NCBI GenBank assembly: GCA_965225855.1
Contig: CBDDCK010000001.1
Coordinates: forward strand, 201,995-265,994
DNA length: 64,000 bases
Source of the DNA: Spirochaetia bacterium
GTDB lineage: Bacteria > Spirochaetota > Spirochaetia > SP-2023
Direction of reading: 5' to 3'
In this document: in pieces, positions 9,914 to 21,267 of the stretch
Position numbering within the stretch: the first letter of the stretch is position 1
Layout: the number at the start of each line of letters is the position of its first letter
Notes under the pieces: model-generated
The model's database searches: none
The model's input: only the letters and a program-made list of their open reading frames with translations
What the model was told of the DNA's origin: nothing
Translations under genes and position numbers: made by a program

Positions 9914-11712
9914 TGACGCAAGGAAATATCCAGGGCGTAAACGGCAACATGGTTACTGTTGTATTCGATGGTAAAGTCTCTTTAAATGAAGTAGCGTATA
10001 TTGCTGTAGGTGAAAGAGATGGTGAGGCTGTTTGCAAATTAAAAGCAGAAGTTATCCGCGTTCGTGGTAACTTAGCGCAGCTACAAGTTTTTGAACCAAC
10101 AAAAGGGTTGCAAATTGGTAATACTGTAGAATTTACCGATGAATTATTGGCCGTAGAGTTAGGGCCTGGTTTGCTAACTCAAATTTACGATGGTCTACAA
10201 AATCCGTTGCCCGAATTAGCAGAGGCCGCTGGTCATTTTCTCGAAAGAGGTATATATCTTGATCCATTGCCACGCGATAAACAATGGGATTTTACGCCAC
10301 AAATAGAGGTAGGAGATCGCATAACGGGTGGTGATACTCTGGGTACAGTTCCAGAAGGTTCATTCCAGCATCGCATCATGGTTCCTTTTAATATAATTAC
10401 AGAGTGCGAAGTACTTTCCATAGCTAGATCCGGACGTTATACCGTAAAAGAAGATATTGCTGAAATTCAAGATAGTAATACAGGTAAAAAACATAAATTG
10501 ACGATGATGTTCACCTGGCCAGTAAAACGCCCGATCACCCGTTATACCGAGCGTCTGAAACCCACCAAGCCCATGGTAACTAAAGTCCGCTTAGTCGATA
10601 CTTTTTTTCCTGTTGCTCTGGGCGGGACTTATTGTATCCCAGGGCCTTTTGGTGCTGGAAAAACCGTATTACAGCAAATTACTAGCCGCCACGCTGAAGT
10701 TGACATTGTAATTATTGCCGCATGTGGTGAGCGTGCGGGTGAGGTGGTAGAAACTCTCGTAGAGTTTCCTGAATTGACCGATCCTCGAACCGGTCGCTCC
10801 TTAATGGAACGAACTATTATTATTTGCAATACTTCCTCCATGCCTGTTGCAGCGCGCGAAGCTTCTGTATATACCGGCGTAACTTTGGCTGAATATTTCC
10901 GACAAATGGGACTCAATGTGTTATTGTTAGCTGACTCGACTTCTCGCTGGGCACAAGCTATGCGGGAAATGTCTGGCCGTCTTGAGGAAATTCCAGGGGA
11001 AGAGGCTTTCCCTGCTTATTTAGAATCTAGTATTGCGGCCTTTTACGAACGTGCTGGTATCGTGCGATTGAAGACAGGGGAAACTGGCTCTGTAACCATT
11101 GGTGGTTCTGTTTCACCCGCAGGCGGTAACTTTGAAGAACCGGTGACACAAGCTACATTAAAAGTAGTTGGGGCATTCCACGGTTTATCTCGTGAGCGTT
11201 CCGATGCTCGTAAATTCCCAGCAATTCACCCGATTGAATCTTGGAGTAAATACGAAGGAATTGTTCCAGAACGCAAAAGAAGCCATGCTAATCGGATATT
11301 GCACCGTGGATTTGAAGTTGAAGCGATGATGAAAGTGGTCGGTGAAGAAGGTACGTCTATGGCTGACTATGTCATTTATGAAAAAAGTGAGTTAATCGAT
11401 TCGACTTATATTCAACAAAATTCGTTCCATCATGTAGATGCAGCGGTATCCCCTAAGCGTCAAAATTACGTTTTTGATTTGTTATTGCATTGTTTGCTCA
11501 CAGAGTTTGATTTTGACAACAAAGATGAAGCACGGCAGTTTTTTAACAAATTGCGTATGTCATTGTTAGATATGAACGGTGTTCCATGGGAAGTTGACGA
11601 CCAGCCAAGTGTCGAATTTAACAATTTAGAGAAAGAAGTTATCGATCTGGTAAAATCGAAAGGTAAAGGATATCAGCCAGGTGCAAAAAATATCTTGGAG
11701 GCAAAAGCATGA
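9913..11712 (+). CDS. atpA: V-type ATP synthase subunit A
   Basis: Walker [28 protein letters not shown] and [10 protein letters not shown] motifs. Confidence 0.97.
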   Translation: MTQGNIQGVNGNMVTVVFDGKVSLNEVAYIAVGERDGEAVCKLKAEVIRVRGNLAQLQVFEPTKGLQIGNTVEFTDELLAVELGPGLLTQIYDGLQNPLPELAEAAGHFLERGIYLDPLPRDKQWDFTPQIEVGDRITGGDTLGTVPEGSFQHRIMVPFNIITECEVLSIARSGRYTVKEDIAEIQDSNTGKKHKLTMMFTWPVKRPITRYTERLKPTKPMVTKVRLVDTFFPVALGGTYCIPGPFGAGKTVLQQITSRHAEVDIVIIAACGERAGEVVETLVEFPELTDPRTGRSLMERTIIICNTSSMPVAAREASVYTGVTLAEYFRQMGLNVLLLADSTSRWAQAMREMSGRLEEIPGEEAFPAYLESSIAAFYERAGIVRLKTGETGSVTIGGSVSPAGGNFEEPVTQATLKVVGAFHGLSRERSDARKFPAIHPIESWSKYEGIVPERKRSHANRILHRGFEVEAMMKVVGEEGTSMADYVIYEKSELIDSTYIQQNSFHHVDAAVSPKRQNYVFDLLLHCLLTEFDFDNKDEARQFFNKLRMSLLDMNGVPWEVDDQPSVEFNNLEKEVIDLVKSKGKGYQPGAKNILEAKA

Positions 11713-13022
11713 GTAAAATCATGAATAAAGTTTACAGCAAAATTGAAGCTATTGCCGGTAGTGTCATTACGGTTCGTGCCGATGGTGTTTCCTATGGAGA
11801 GCTTGCTGAAATTAAAACCCGTTTTGGGATTTCTTTAGCCGAAGTTATCAAATTAGATCGAGATATGGTAACACTTCAAGTTTTTGCCGGTGGGCGTGGT
11901 GTTTCCACTGGAGATGAGGTACGCTTCTTTGGTGATCCAATGCAAGTGTCTTTTTCTGAAAATTTATTAGGCCGTGTATTCAATGGTTCAGGAGAACCAA
12001 GAGATAATGGACCAACGCTTAAAGAAAATTTAATTACTATCGGTGGACCCTCTTTTAATCCGTCAAAACGTATTGTTCCAAAGCAAATGATTCGTACGGG
12101 TATCCCGATGATCGACTTGTTTAATACATTAGTTGTATCACAAAAATTGCCAATTTTTTCCATTTCAGGTGAGCCTTACAATCAGCTTTTAGCTCGTATT
12201 GCCATGCAAGCTGAAGTTGACCTAATTATTTTGGGTGGCATGGGCTTAAAATACGATGACTATCTATATTTTAGGGATACACTGGAAGAAGGTGGTTCAT
12301 TAAGTAAAACGATTATGTTTGTCCATACAGCTTCTGATCCTGTAGTAGAATGCCTGATGGTGCCTGATATTTCACTGGCTATCGCTGAAAAGTTTGCCTT
12401 GCAAGGTAAAAATGCGCTTGTACTACTTACGGATATGACAAACTTTTCTGACTCAATGAAAGAGATTGCTATTACTCAAGAACAAGTGCCTTCCAACCGA
12501 GGCTATCCGGGTGATCTCTATTCTCAATTGGCGTCTCGTTACGAAAAAGCTGTAGACATCGAAGGCAATGGTTCTATTACCATTTTAGCCGTAACTACTA
12601 TGCCAGGCGATGATGTAACTCATCCGGTACCCGACAACACAGGCTATATTACGGAAGGCCAGTATTATTTGCGTGGAGGACGCATTGAACCTTTCGGTTC
12701 TCTCTCCCGTTTAAAGCAGCAAGTCAATGATTCTATCCGTGAAGATCATCGTGCAATTATGGACGGAATGATCAAATTGTATGCCAATTATAAATCTTCA
12801 CTGGAAAAACAATCTATGGGTTTTTCAATGAGTAATTGGGATAACAAATTATTGAAATATGGAAACTTATTTGAAAGCCAAATGATGGACCTTTCTGTAA
12901 ATCTTTCTCTTGAAGCACAATTGGATAATGGTTGGGAAATTTTGGCTGAATGCTTTGCACCTGAAGAAACAGGTTTGCGTTCTAATCTGATCGAAAAATT
13001 TTGGCCTAAAATTGTTAGTTAA
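11709..13022 (+). CDS. atpB: V-type ATP synthase subunit B
   Basis: [33 protein letters not shown] motifs. Confidence 0.97.
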   Translation: MSKIMNKVYSKIEAIAGSVITVRADGVSYGELAEIKTRFGISLAEVIKLDRDMVTLQVFAGGRGVSTGDEVRFFGDPMQVSFSENLLGRVFNGSGEPRDNGPTLKENLITIGGPSFNPSKRIVPKQMIRTGIPMIDLFNTLVVSQKLPIFSISGEPYNQLLARIAMQAEVDLIILGGMGLKYDDYLYFRDTLEEGGSLSKTIMFVHTASDPVVECLMVPDISLAIAEKFALQGKNALVLLTDMTNFSDSMKEIAITQEQVPSNRGYPGDLYSQLASRYEKAVDIEGNGSITILAVTTMPGDDVTHPVPDNTGYITEGQYYLRGGRIEPFGSLSRLKQQVNDSIREDHRAIMDGMIKLYANYKSSLEKQSMGFSMSNWDNKLLKYGNLFESQMMDLSVNLSLEAQLDNGWEILAECFAPEETGLRSNLIEKFWPKIVS

Positions 13023-13052
13023 GTTCAAAAAGTCATTTAGGGAAATTTTGCC

Positions 13053-13691
13053 ATGACAAAAATTAAATTAACAAAAAATGAATTGAAAAAGCAGAAAGAT
13101 GCTTTGAAAATGTTTAAGCGTTATTTGCCAACGTTACAGCTTAAAAAACAACAGCTGCAAGTAGAGATTGCTGGGGTACAAGAAAAAGCCAATGCGATTA
13201 TGGCTGAATTAGACCGATTCCAAAAACGTCTGGATTCATGGGTTGCGCTATACGGCGAAGAATTTCCTTTTAAGCAGTATTTACAAATAAGAGAGTTAGT
13301 TACGGGGCTAGGAAACATTGCGGGTGTAGAGATTCCCGTATTTGAGAAAGTAACATTTGATATTTCAGAATATGATTTGTTTGAAACTTCTCCGTGGATT
13401 GATCACGGTATAAAAGCAATTCAAGATACTATTTCTCTACGTTTACAGCACAATATTTACCAAGAACAAAAACGTCGCTTGGAAACTGAATTACGCGTAA
13501 CTACTCAGCGGGTTAATCTTTTTGAAAAAGTAAAAATTCCCGAAACTAAGGCAAACATTAAGAAAATTGCTGTCTATATGGGCGATCAACAAACGGCAGC
13601 GGTTGTTTGTGGCAAAATTGCAAAAAAGAAATTAGAAGAGCGCAATGCGGCAGCAGATAAAGCTGCAAGTTCTAATAAGGGGGCTGCATGA
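13053..13691 (+). CDS. atpD: V-type ATP synthase subunit D
   Basis: LTKNELKKQK...LPTLQLKK and TTQRVNLFEKVKIP motifs. Confidence 0.95.
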   Translation: MTKIKLTKNELKKQKDALKMFKRYLPTLQLKKQQLQVEIAGVQEKANAIMAELDRFQKRLDSWVALYGEEFPFKQYLQIRELVTGLGNIAGVEIPVFEKVTFDISEYDLFETSPWIDHGIKAIQDTISLRLQHNIYQEQKRRLETELRVTTQRVNLFEKVKIPETKANIKKIAVYMGDQQTAAVVCGKIAKKKLEERNAAADKAASSNKGAA

Positions 13692-15577
13692 TTATTCCAA
13701 TGAAACGCTGCTTTATTTTGTTGCAAGAATGCCATGTGAAAAATTGTTTAGAACGAATTCAGCTATTAGGATTCTTACATATATCTCAGCAGCGTTATGA
13801 AACAGAGAAAATTGCAAAGCTGCATCACAAATTAAAAAACATTGAGGGAATTTTAGAACGTCTGAAGCTATTAGCCCCAAAACAGGGTTACCAAATTGTA
13901 TCCAATTATGATAAACCTAGGATTGAAAGTTTACAGGAAAGTTTAAATACTTTAATGGCTGAAGAACGCGAAAATAAAGAAGAGATTGATAATTTGCGTA
14001 ATAGTTCATCTAGTTGGTCTGTATGGGGTGAATTTGATCCTTCTTTGATCCATGAATTAAAAAACCATGGTATACAAATTCATTTGTTTGCAGTTAATGA
14101 GTTGCAGCTTTCCAGATTGAGAGAAAGTTCCATCGAATATTTTATCATCAATAAAGAAGCAGATAAAACTTTGGTTGCACTGATTGATAGGGGTTTAGCT
14201 TCAGATGAAGAACGAGAGGAATTATTTTCTCACTTGCCAATGGAGCTAGAGCTGCCTGAATTTTCTTCTAAAGGATTTGAAAAAAAGATTTTAGAACTAG
14301 GGCAGCGCAATGCGCATATTGAAAAAATATTACGAGATCGTCTTTATGAGCAAAATGCATTGTATGCATATTCTCAAGATTTAGCAGATCAGCTCGAATT
14401 TGAAAAAGCTTATAATAACCTAGAAGACCTTGGGGATGGGATTTTTTTACTCAGTGGCTATACACCAGAAGAAAATCTTAATGATTTGAAGTTTTTAGCA
14501 AAAAATTACTCATTTGGTTTAATATTGCGCGATGTAGATTTAGACCAAGGAGATCAAGCTCCAACTAAACTGAAGCAAAATTTTATTTCACGATTGATAA
14601 ATCCGATCATGTCTTTCTTAGAGGTAACGCCAGCTTATCATGAACCTGATATTTCGTTTTCGTTTTTTAGCTTTTTCACGGTTTTTGTGTCCATGATCAT
14701 GAGTGATGCTGTTTACGGTATTGCTATTATATTGCTGGGATTGATAACGCAGATTGCTACCAAAAAATTTAGTACCTTGACGCAAATGTTATATGTTCTT
14801 GGTTCGGCAACTTTTATTTGGGGTACTGCTTCGGGTTCATGGTTTGGCTCGCAGAGTATTGCAAATATGGAGCTGTTTAAAGCTTACAGCATATGGCAGT
14901 TATCTGTTTACCCCGAGTTATTTGGACATACGGCTAAAGAACAGCAAAATTTTATTATGTGGCTTTGTTTTAGTCTTGGAGCAATCCATTTGATTGTGGC
15001 GCATTTATGGCGTATGTTCCGTGAGCTGAAACAATTTGAACTAAAAGGTTTATCAAATCTTGGTATGATCGCCATGATAAATGGTTTATATTGGGTTCTT
15101 CTTTGGATGGTACGGATTCAAGATACCGTACCGAGTTATGCTTTGCCATCTTTGATTGCTGGATTGTCAATAGTCATTTGTTTTGGTCAACAAGAAAAAG
15201 GTGTAGATTTTTTCACAGGAATACTTCGAGGGCTAACGGGTTTATTCACTACATTCCTTGATACCGTCGGCTTATTTGGTGATATTATGTCTTACATTCG
15301 TCTGTTTGCAGTTAGTATAGCTTCATTTTCCATTGCTTCGAGCTTCAATGGCATGGGAAACGGTATCATTGAATCAGGCAATGGTTCATTAGGTATTATC
15401 CTCTTTCTAGCTGGCTTTTTGATTTTGGTAATCGGGCATTTGATCAACTTTGTGTTAGGTTGTTTGTCCGTAATTGTGCATGCCGTGCGTTTAAACATGT
15501 TGGAATTCTCTAACCATATTGGTTTAGAGTGGTCGGGTTACAAATATCAACCTTTTATTAAACGTCGTATAAAATAA
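13688..15577 (+). CDS. atpI: V-type ATP synthase subunit I (a)
   Basis: Soluble N-half and multi-TM C-half with DIMSYIRLFA and HAVRLNMLEF. Confidence 0.93.
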   Translation: MIIPMKRCFILLQECHVKNCLERIQLLGFLHISQQRYETEKIAKLHHKLKNIEGILERLKLLAPKQGYQIVSNYDKPRIESLQESLNTLMAEERENKEEIDNLRNSSSSWSVWGEFDPSLIHELKNHGIQIHLFAVNELQLSRLRESSIEYFIINKEADKTLVALIDRGLASDEEREELFSHLPMELELPEFSSKGFEKKILELGQRNAHIEKILRDRLYEQNALYAYSQDLADQLEFEKAYNNLEDLGDGIFLLSGYTPEENLNDLKFLAKNYSFGLILRDVDLDQGDQAPTKLKQNFISRLINPIMSFLEVTPAYHEPDISFSFFSFFTVFVSMIMSDAVYGIAIILLGLITQIATKKFSTLTQMLYVLGSATFIWGTASGSWFGSQSIANMELFKAYSIWQLSVYPELFGHTAKEQQNFIMWLCFSLGAIHLIVAHLWRMFRELKQFELKGLSNLGMIAMINGLYWVLLWMVRIQDTVPSYALPSLIAGLSIVICFGQQEKGVDFFTGILRGLTGLFTTFLDTVGLFGDIMSYIRLFAVSIASFSIASSFNGMGNGIIESGNGSLGIILFLAGFLILVIGHLINFVLGCLSVIVHAVRLNMLEFSNHIGLEWSGYKYQPFIKRRIK

Positions 15578-15605
15578 AAACTTAAAATATAAAGGGAGTT
15601 TGCCA

Positions 15606-16067
15606 ATGAACTTAGATATTGGAACAATGGGTGCTGCTGCTGCACTGGGATTAGCTGCTGCTGGGTCTGCCTTAGGAACAGGTAGCGCAGCCCAAGGCGC
15701 AGTTGGGGCAATGAAAAAATCTCTGCTTGCAGGGAAGATCGCGCCAACTATGCTAACAACATTTTCTGCCTTCCCGCTTTCGCAAACAATTTACGGTATC
15801 GTACTTTTGTTTACAATACTTGCAGCCCAAGGTGTAGCGGCCCCTGGTGCGTTATTTGGTGCCGGGCTTTTTGGTGGTTTAGGTATGGGTTTTTCAGCTT
15901 GGTACCAAGGCCGAGTTATGGCCGCTGCTTGTGATGCGTTTGTCGAAACAAATGGCAAGGGAACAGCTGGCTATATTTTATTGGCTGGTATTGTAGAATC
16001 TGTTGCTATTTTTGTATTGGCCATGTTGATTGTGGCTATTGGTCAGGCAGCTAATTTACAAACTTGA
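15606..16067 (+). CDS. atpK: V-type ATP synthase proteolipid subunit K
   Basis: Four-helix Gly/Ala-rich proteolipid with PLSQTIYG and conserved Glu in GIVES. Confidence 0.92.
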   Translation: MNLDIGTMGAAAALGLAAAGSALGTGSAAQGAVGAMKKSLLAGKIAPTMLTTFSAFPLSQTIYGIVLLFTILAAQGVAAPGALFGAGLFGGLGMGFSAWYQGRVMAAACDAFVETNGKGTAGYILLAGIVESVAIFVLAMLIVAIGQAANLQT

Positions 16068-16100
16068 ATTTCTAAGTCCTTCTTAAAAATTTTAGATTTA

Positions 16101-16132
16101 GGGATTGCAGTTATAATTGCTGCTCCCTTTTT
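16101..16132 (+). terminator. Probable intrinsic terminator of the V-ATPase operon
   Basis: Imperfect hairpin GGGA..GCAG / TTGC..TCCC followed by a T run. Confidence 0.4.
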
Positions 16133-16158
16133 CTAATATATATTAAGGCCGTGCTGCA

Positions 16159-16986
16159 ATGGCAGAATTAAAAGAAAGTCGAGTTCTTCACTTAAAAGTC
16201 AGCCTAGGGTCTTTTGTATCTTTCATCGATAAAATCTGTGCTTGGGCCTTAGAAAAGTCTGAAATTTTAGATAATTCAGGAAATATCCTTCCAAACAAAA
16301 GAAGTGGCAAATATGTATGTGTTGCCCCAGTTGCAGCTTGTATGGAAGCTTTTTGGAATACAGAGTTTCGCCGTATTTGCCAAGAGGCTGATTTAGTAAG
16401 CCCAGATGGGACACCTATTGTTTGGGCTCTGCGCCGTTTGGGTCATTCAAAACAACAAAGAATCTCTGGACCAGATTTAATGGCAGCCTTATGCCGTGAA
16501 GCCGCTGCACAAAATATTCCGATAGGTTTATATGGTGGAACTCAATTAGGGTTAGGCTTATTACAACAAAATTTACAGCAGCAATATCCTGAATTAAACA
16601 TAGCCTATGCCTATTCTCCACCATTTCGTTCTGTAGGTGAGGCTGAATCTGCAGAAATTTTAGAAGCAATACGGCAAAGTGGTGCTAAATTATTATTTGT
16701 CGGCATTGGTTGCCCCAAACAAGAAATTTGGATGGCTAAATACAAAGACCAATTGCCCTTAGTTATGCTAGGCGTTGGAGCCGCATTTTTATACCATTCT
16801 GTAAAGCTCCGGCGCGCACCAGTTTGGTTCCAGAATTGTGGATTTGAATGGCTATTTCGTCTTTTACAAGAACCCAAAAGATTATTTAAACGCTATCTAA
16901 AAACCAACTTAGCCTTTTTATGGCATACTCATCTACTTTCGGCAAGAAAGTTACGCAAATATTTACCGGAAAATATAGTACATTAG
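16159..16986 (+). CDS. WecB/TagA/CpsF-family glycosyltransferase
   Basis: ADLVSPDG, RISGPDL, LFVGIGCPKQE, RAPVWFQNCGFEWLFRLLQEPKRL motifs. Confidence 0.92.
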   Translation: MAELKESRVLHLKVSLGSFVSFIDKICAWALEKSEILDNSGNILPNKRSGKYVCVAPVAACMEAFWNTEFRRICQEADLVSPDGTPIVWALRRLGHSKQQRISGPDLMAALCREAAAQNIPIGLYGGTQLGLGLLQQNLQQQYPELNIAYAYSPPFRSVGEAESAEILEAIRQSGAKLLFVGIGCPKQEIWMAKYKDQLPLVMLGVGAAFLYHSVKLRRAPVWFQNCGFEWLFRLLQEPKRLFKRYLKTNLAFLWHTHLLSARKLRKYLPENIVH

Positions 16987-16992
16987 AAATAA

Positions 16993-17656
16993 TTACTGGA
17001 AAAATTCCATAATCTCTTGGGCATGGCCAGCGATACGTGTGGCACCACTGGAAAGCAATTCTTGCTTTGTGCCAAAGCCGTAAGTGACCCCAATACGCAC
17101 CCAAAAGTTAAGCTGTTTGCCAGCACTCATATCATACGATCGATCGCCAATAATAACGCTTTGTTCGGATTGGCAGCTATATTTTTGACAAAGCTCTTGT
17201 AATAAATCACTTTTTTGATGAGGGCGTTCATCTAAGTGGGCACCAATCAAATCACAAAGCATAGCATCATAATTTAGATATTCCATTACTTTGCGAGCAA
17301 TAGGTTCTGGTTTAGAAGTACAGATAAAAATGCGTTTGCCTTGATCATTCAATTTACGTAGCAATTCATCGACCCCATCATATATTAGGAAATCTTTGTA
17401 ATAAATTTCTTGATACGTTTTTTGGAAAGTCGAAATATATTCATCAACTTTATTTTTGTCTTCACTACCAATTAAACGTGGAACAGTAAGGCCCAGCGGC
17501 GGACCTATGGTCCAACTAAGGCCATCTTCTGCCAAAATTTTTAGACTATTTAGATAACCCAATTGTTCCAGAGAGGAAGTATGCGCACACAAAAGCCCCG
17601 GTTCTGAATTAATAATTGTACCATCTAAATCAAAGAAAAAGTTTTGTAATTCGCAT
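16993..17656 (-). CDS. HAD-superfamily hydrolase (phosphoglycolate phosphatase/5'-nucleotidase-like), N-terminus out of frame
   Basis: Motif I FDLDGT lies in frame upstream of the first in-frame canonical start (TTG 17592); IGPPL, TSK and IGDRSYD motifs follow; upstream ATGs at 17656 and 17674 are in another frame. Confidence 0.8.
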
Positions 17657-17709
17657 AGATGTAGGTTCGGCCATTATCAGCTGTAAACTAAGCGAATTTT
17701 TATATATCA

Positions 17710-18036
17710 CTATGGGCTATTTTGTATGCAGAAACGAACTTTGAGCACGTAAGGGTGAGGGTGTCCGGCTGCTTTCAAAGTGGCTTCCAAAGCAGGCAAC
17801 CATTGGTTTTGCCTTAGCTTTAACTCTTGTAAAAACACTGAATGAGGAACTGCAATACATAATTGTTTGCATTCTAAGCTGATGACTGAGCTGTTGTCTA
17901 CCAGTGTATCCAACCCTAAGTCTCGTAGGACTTGAGGCCATATAGCATAGACATTGGGTTCTTGTATCTGTGCTTGCTGGGCAATAATTGGTTGCTGGTG
18001 CAACAATTGATCTATGAGTTCTTTTGAGTTTTTCAT
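17710..18036 (-). CDS. DUF721/DciA-family protein
   Basis: Directly downstream of recF; W..V...LCIAVPHSVFLQELKL pattern. Confidence 0.7.
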   Translation of the reverse strand: MKNSKELIDQLLHQQPIIAQQAQIQEPNVYAIWPQVLRDLGLDTLVDNSSVISLECKQLCIAVPHSVFLQELKLRQNQWLPALEATLKAAGHPHPYVLKVRFCIQNSP

Positions 18037-18064
18037 TGAATACCTTCGATTAAGCTAATGATTA

Positions 18065-19189
18065 TTACTCTCTCAATCGTCCATTTTCTAGGTATAGTAC
18101 TTGATAATTGGTAAATGGATACGATTGATAATTCTCATTAGGTAATAATGTAAAGAATACTTGCTGGTGCAATGGTAAACTAGCTAAAAACAATTTACGC
18201 CTTAGGTCATCCATTTCGAGCAGCACATCGTCTAGCAAAAGCACACTAGAATACGCTGCCTTTTGTTGTAAATAATTAGCTTGCGTACTTTTTAAAGCTA
18301 AGGCAGCCAAGCGCAATTGCCCTGTAGATGCCAACTTAGTAAAGTCCAATGGAGCTTGATTCTCGCCTTTATACACCAAGAATTGTAGGCAATCGCGCTG
18401 GGGACCACTCTGACTAGAACCTAGTAAAACCTCGCGTTGCTGCCGTTGTTCCAAGTATTCCAAACAACGTTGTAATGCTTGTTCTTTGGTTTGATCGGTT
18501 TCTAACTGGGGCCAAGAAGCCTGATATTCAATGGAAACACGGTGCTCAAAGTTGGAAACATACTGGAACAATTCGGAAAATGTCTGGGAAAGCTGAGCTA
18601 TATGCTTTAGGCGGCGTTGTTGTATTTCTAGGCCCGACTCCACCATTTGCAGGGTATATGTAGCTAACAATGCAAGTTGTTTATCTTTTATAATTTTGTT
18701 GCGCTGCAGCAAACTGCGGTTATAACGGCGCGAAAGGTCTACATAGCTGGGCTCAAGCAAGCTAATAGTTTGGTCGATAAACTGGCGTTTATCCCGTGGA
18801 CTGCCTTTAATGTAAGCAATGTCTCCATGGGCAAAAATGATACTAGGCGCAATTTGCAACAGCTCTTTGCGGTCTTGCAGCTTTTTACCATCTAGGTTAA
18901 TCGTCTTTTTCCCAGCAGAGCTGCGTTCATACTGTACTTGAATCTCATATTGTTGGCTATCTTGTCGAACTCTTCCACTCAAGGCAAAAGGCTTGTCAGT
19001 TTGACGCAAACAGTGCTCTAATTGCTTTTCTCTAAATGAAGAACCATAGCTTAATAGGTACAATCCCTCCAGAAAAGAGCTTTTGCCTGCACCATTCTCG
19101 CCCACTAAATAGTAGACATCTTCGCTCAATTTTACTTCATTGTCCAACAGATTACGGAAGTTGTAAAAGCGTATACTTTGATAAGCCAT
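18065..19189 (-). CDS. recF: DNA replication/repair protein RecF
   Basis: NFRNL, GENGAGKS, GPQRD, STGQ, LLLDDVLLEMD motifs. Confidence 0.93.
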   Translation of the reverse strand: MAYQSIRFYNFRNLLDNEVKLSEDVYYLVGENGAGKSSFLEGLYLLSYGSSFREKQLEHCLRQTDKPFALSGRVRQDSQQYEIQVQYERSSAGKKTINLDGKKLQDRKELLQIAPSIIFAHGDIAYIKGSPRDKRQFIDQTISLLEPSYVDLSRRYNRSLLQRNKIIKDKQLALLATYTLQMVESGLEIQQRRLKHIAQLSQTFSELFQYVSNFEHRVSIEYQASWPQLETDQTKEQALQRCLEYLEQRQQREVLLGSSQSGPQRDCLQFLVYKGENQAPLDFTKLASTGQLRLAALALKSTQANYLQQKAAYSSVLLLDDVLLEMDDLRRKLFLASLPLHQQVFFTLLPNENYQSYPFTNYQVLYLENGRLRE

Positions 19190-19344
19190 TTTAAGCAATG
19201 TAAAGAGTGTTTCTTTTAAGCACAAGACTATTATTCCACCCTGCAAAACTAGAACAAGACAAGATTCTTGCCCAACGTTCTATACTGAAAGTTGAAAGAA
19301 ATCTAATATTGTTTTGCAAAACTGCTGAAATTGGGGAGAGCCTT

Positions 19345-20115
19345 TTATTTGTGCCCAGTGCGTAAGATAATAATATCTACGCGTTCTGCTTTGACATCTC
19401 TACCGGGAACAGGTTCTGTACGCCTCTCACCATTTTTATCCAAACCTAAAAAATGTTCTGGTATTGGGGCTTTATCAGCAAAACCAGCAACTTCAAAATT
19501 GTCATCGCGAATCCCAAGATTGACTAAATGCTGTAATACAACTACAGCTCGCGCAACGGAAAGTTCCCAGTTTGTGGCGTAAGGCTCATCGGGAGCTAAA
19601 CTGTTGGTATGGCCTTCCACACGGAAATTTCGGCTTGCCAATTCAGGGGAACTAAGCAAACTCGCTAACCGTTGTAAAATCGGCCTAGACTGGGATATAT
19701 CTAGTTTTGCTGTTTTACCGATAAAATATAGATCACCAGTCAAAGAGATGATTAGTCCTCGTTGATCTTGTGTAATCACTACCTGCTCTCTACGATTCTC
19801 CGTTTTAAAAATATTGACAGCTTTTTGACGAGCTTTATCTAAACGGCGCAAAGGCGTAACCGAAGGCAAGGCCATCACTTCATTGCCCAATTCAGCAAGA
19901 GGACCCGACTCTAAAGTATTACCACCTTGTAACACCCCCATATTGTTAAGACTAGCCATAATGAGTTGCAATCTTTGAGTTTCTTCAATTGGAGGGTTTA
20001 TTAAAAGGACGAAAAAACACAACAACAGAGTAACCATATCCCCATAAGTGGCCATCCACTCGGGTAACCCTCTTTTACATTTATGCTTTTTTTGTGGTAA
20101 ATCATCGTCATCCAT
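19345..20115 (-). CDS. motB: Flagellar stator protein MotB
   Basis: WMATYGDMVTLLLCFFVLL helix; OmpA-like domain VEGHT..NWELSVARA. Confidence 0.93.
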   Translation of the reverse strand: MDDDDLPQKKHKCKRGLPEWMATYGDMVTLLLCFFVLLINPPIEETQRLQLIMASLNNMGVLQGGNTLESGPLAELGNEVMALPSVTPLRRLDKARQKAVNIFKTENRREQVVITQDQRGLIISLTGDLYFIGKTAKLDISQSRPILQRLASLLSSPELASRNFRVEGHTNSLAPDEPYATNWELSVARAVVVLQHLVNLGIRDDNFEVAGFADKAPIPEHFLGLDKNGERRTEPVPGRDVKAERVDIIILRTGHK

Positions 20116-20148
20116 TACCCATAATCCTTTTTATTTATGCCTTTATAT

Positions 20149-20925
20149 TTAGAACTCTCCTAGATCACTGGGTCTCATGCTAGGAGCTAGAAACGAATAT
20201 AATTTCGTTTCCAAAATTTTAGGGTTCTCGCCACCAGCAATCCCCATAATACCTTCTACTATAATGTCGTATTTTAACATTTCATCGGCATTGCGATCTT
20301 CCAATTTATTTTGAAAAGGTATCAGCCAAGCGTTTGCCAAAATCGAACCATATAATGTTGTAATCAAAGCCACAGCCATGTTCGGGCCCAAAGATGCCGC
20401 ATCACTCAAGTTGGCAAGTAAACCAACCAAACCTAACAAAGTGCCAATCATTCCAAATGCGGGACCTAAAGATGCCCAGCGACCAAAAAAAGCAGCGCCA
20501 GAAGCATGCCGTTCTTCTGTCTTCGATTGTTGACAATATAGCATTTTTTTGACAATTGCTGAGTCTGTACCGTCAACGATCATACGCATACCATTACGCA
20601 AAAAAGGGTCTTCAATATCATTTACCACATCATCAAGAGAAAGCAAACCTTCCTTACGGGCAGTTTCAGCAAAACCTATCAATTGAGTGATGGTTACTTC
20701 ATAATTATTTATTTGTAAATTACTTGCAATTTTACAATACTGCATGAAATTTTTGGTAATTAATTCTAATGGTGAAGTGGTAATCATAGCAGCAAATGAA
20801 CCACCAATAACGATCAATACAGATGGCATATCGACGTATAATAAAATCGAGTTTCCACCAATTAAGATACCGGTAATCACTAAAGCAAAGGTTAAAAACA
20901 AACCAGCTAATGTAGCTATATCCAT
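20149..20925 (-). CDS. motA: Flagellar stator protein MotA
   Basis: ARKEGLLSL, GPAFGMIGTLLGLV, AVALITTLYG motifs. Confidence 0.95.
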   Translation of the reverse strand: MDIATLAGLFLTFALVITGILIGGNSILLYVDMPSVLIVIGGSFAAMITTSPLELITKNFMQYCKIASNLQINNYEVTITQLIGFAETARKEGLLSLDDVVNDIEDPFLRNGMRMIVDGTDSAIVKKMLYCQQSKTEERHASGAAFFGRWASLGPAFGMIGTLLGLVGLLANLSDAASLGPNMAVALITTLYGSILANAWLIPFQNKLEDRNADEMLKYDIIVEGIMGIAGGENPKILETKLYSFLAPSMRPSDLGEF

Positions 20926-21004
20926 GTAAATCCCCCTTAAAATCCCATACTTAATACTATTATAAAAACATAGCTAACTAATTTTTAATAAGTCTGCCAA
21001 AACA

Positions 21005-21235
21005 TCAAGTTTCATTTTTAAAAATACCGATGTTTCGGCGATATAAAATTATTCGCTTAATCACCGTTTCAACAGTTTCCATAACACGCAACCGCTTACC
21101 AGATAGCATAACCAAAGTAGGATTATGCTCATCTTTTTCAATATATTCTATTTGGTGCGGGTTGATAAATATCTCTTGTCTTTGAGTTCCCAAAAGCGTA
21201 ACTTTTACCACAGAAGTTTTTTCAATAGTATACAA
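21005..21235 (-). CDS. flbD: Flagellar protein FlbD
   Basis: INPHQIEYIE and MLSGKRLRVMET; located between flgE and motA; exact start uncertain. Confidence 0.85.
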   Translation of the reverse strand: MYTIEKTSVVKVTLLGTQRQEIFINPHQIEYIEKDEHNPTLVMLSGKRLRVMETVETVIKRIILYRRNIGIFKNET

Positions 21236-21267
21236 GAACAGAAAGAAATAATAAAATGCTGTATAAA

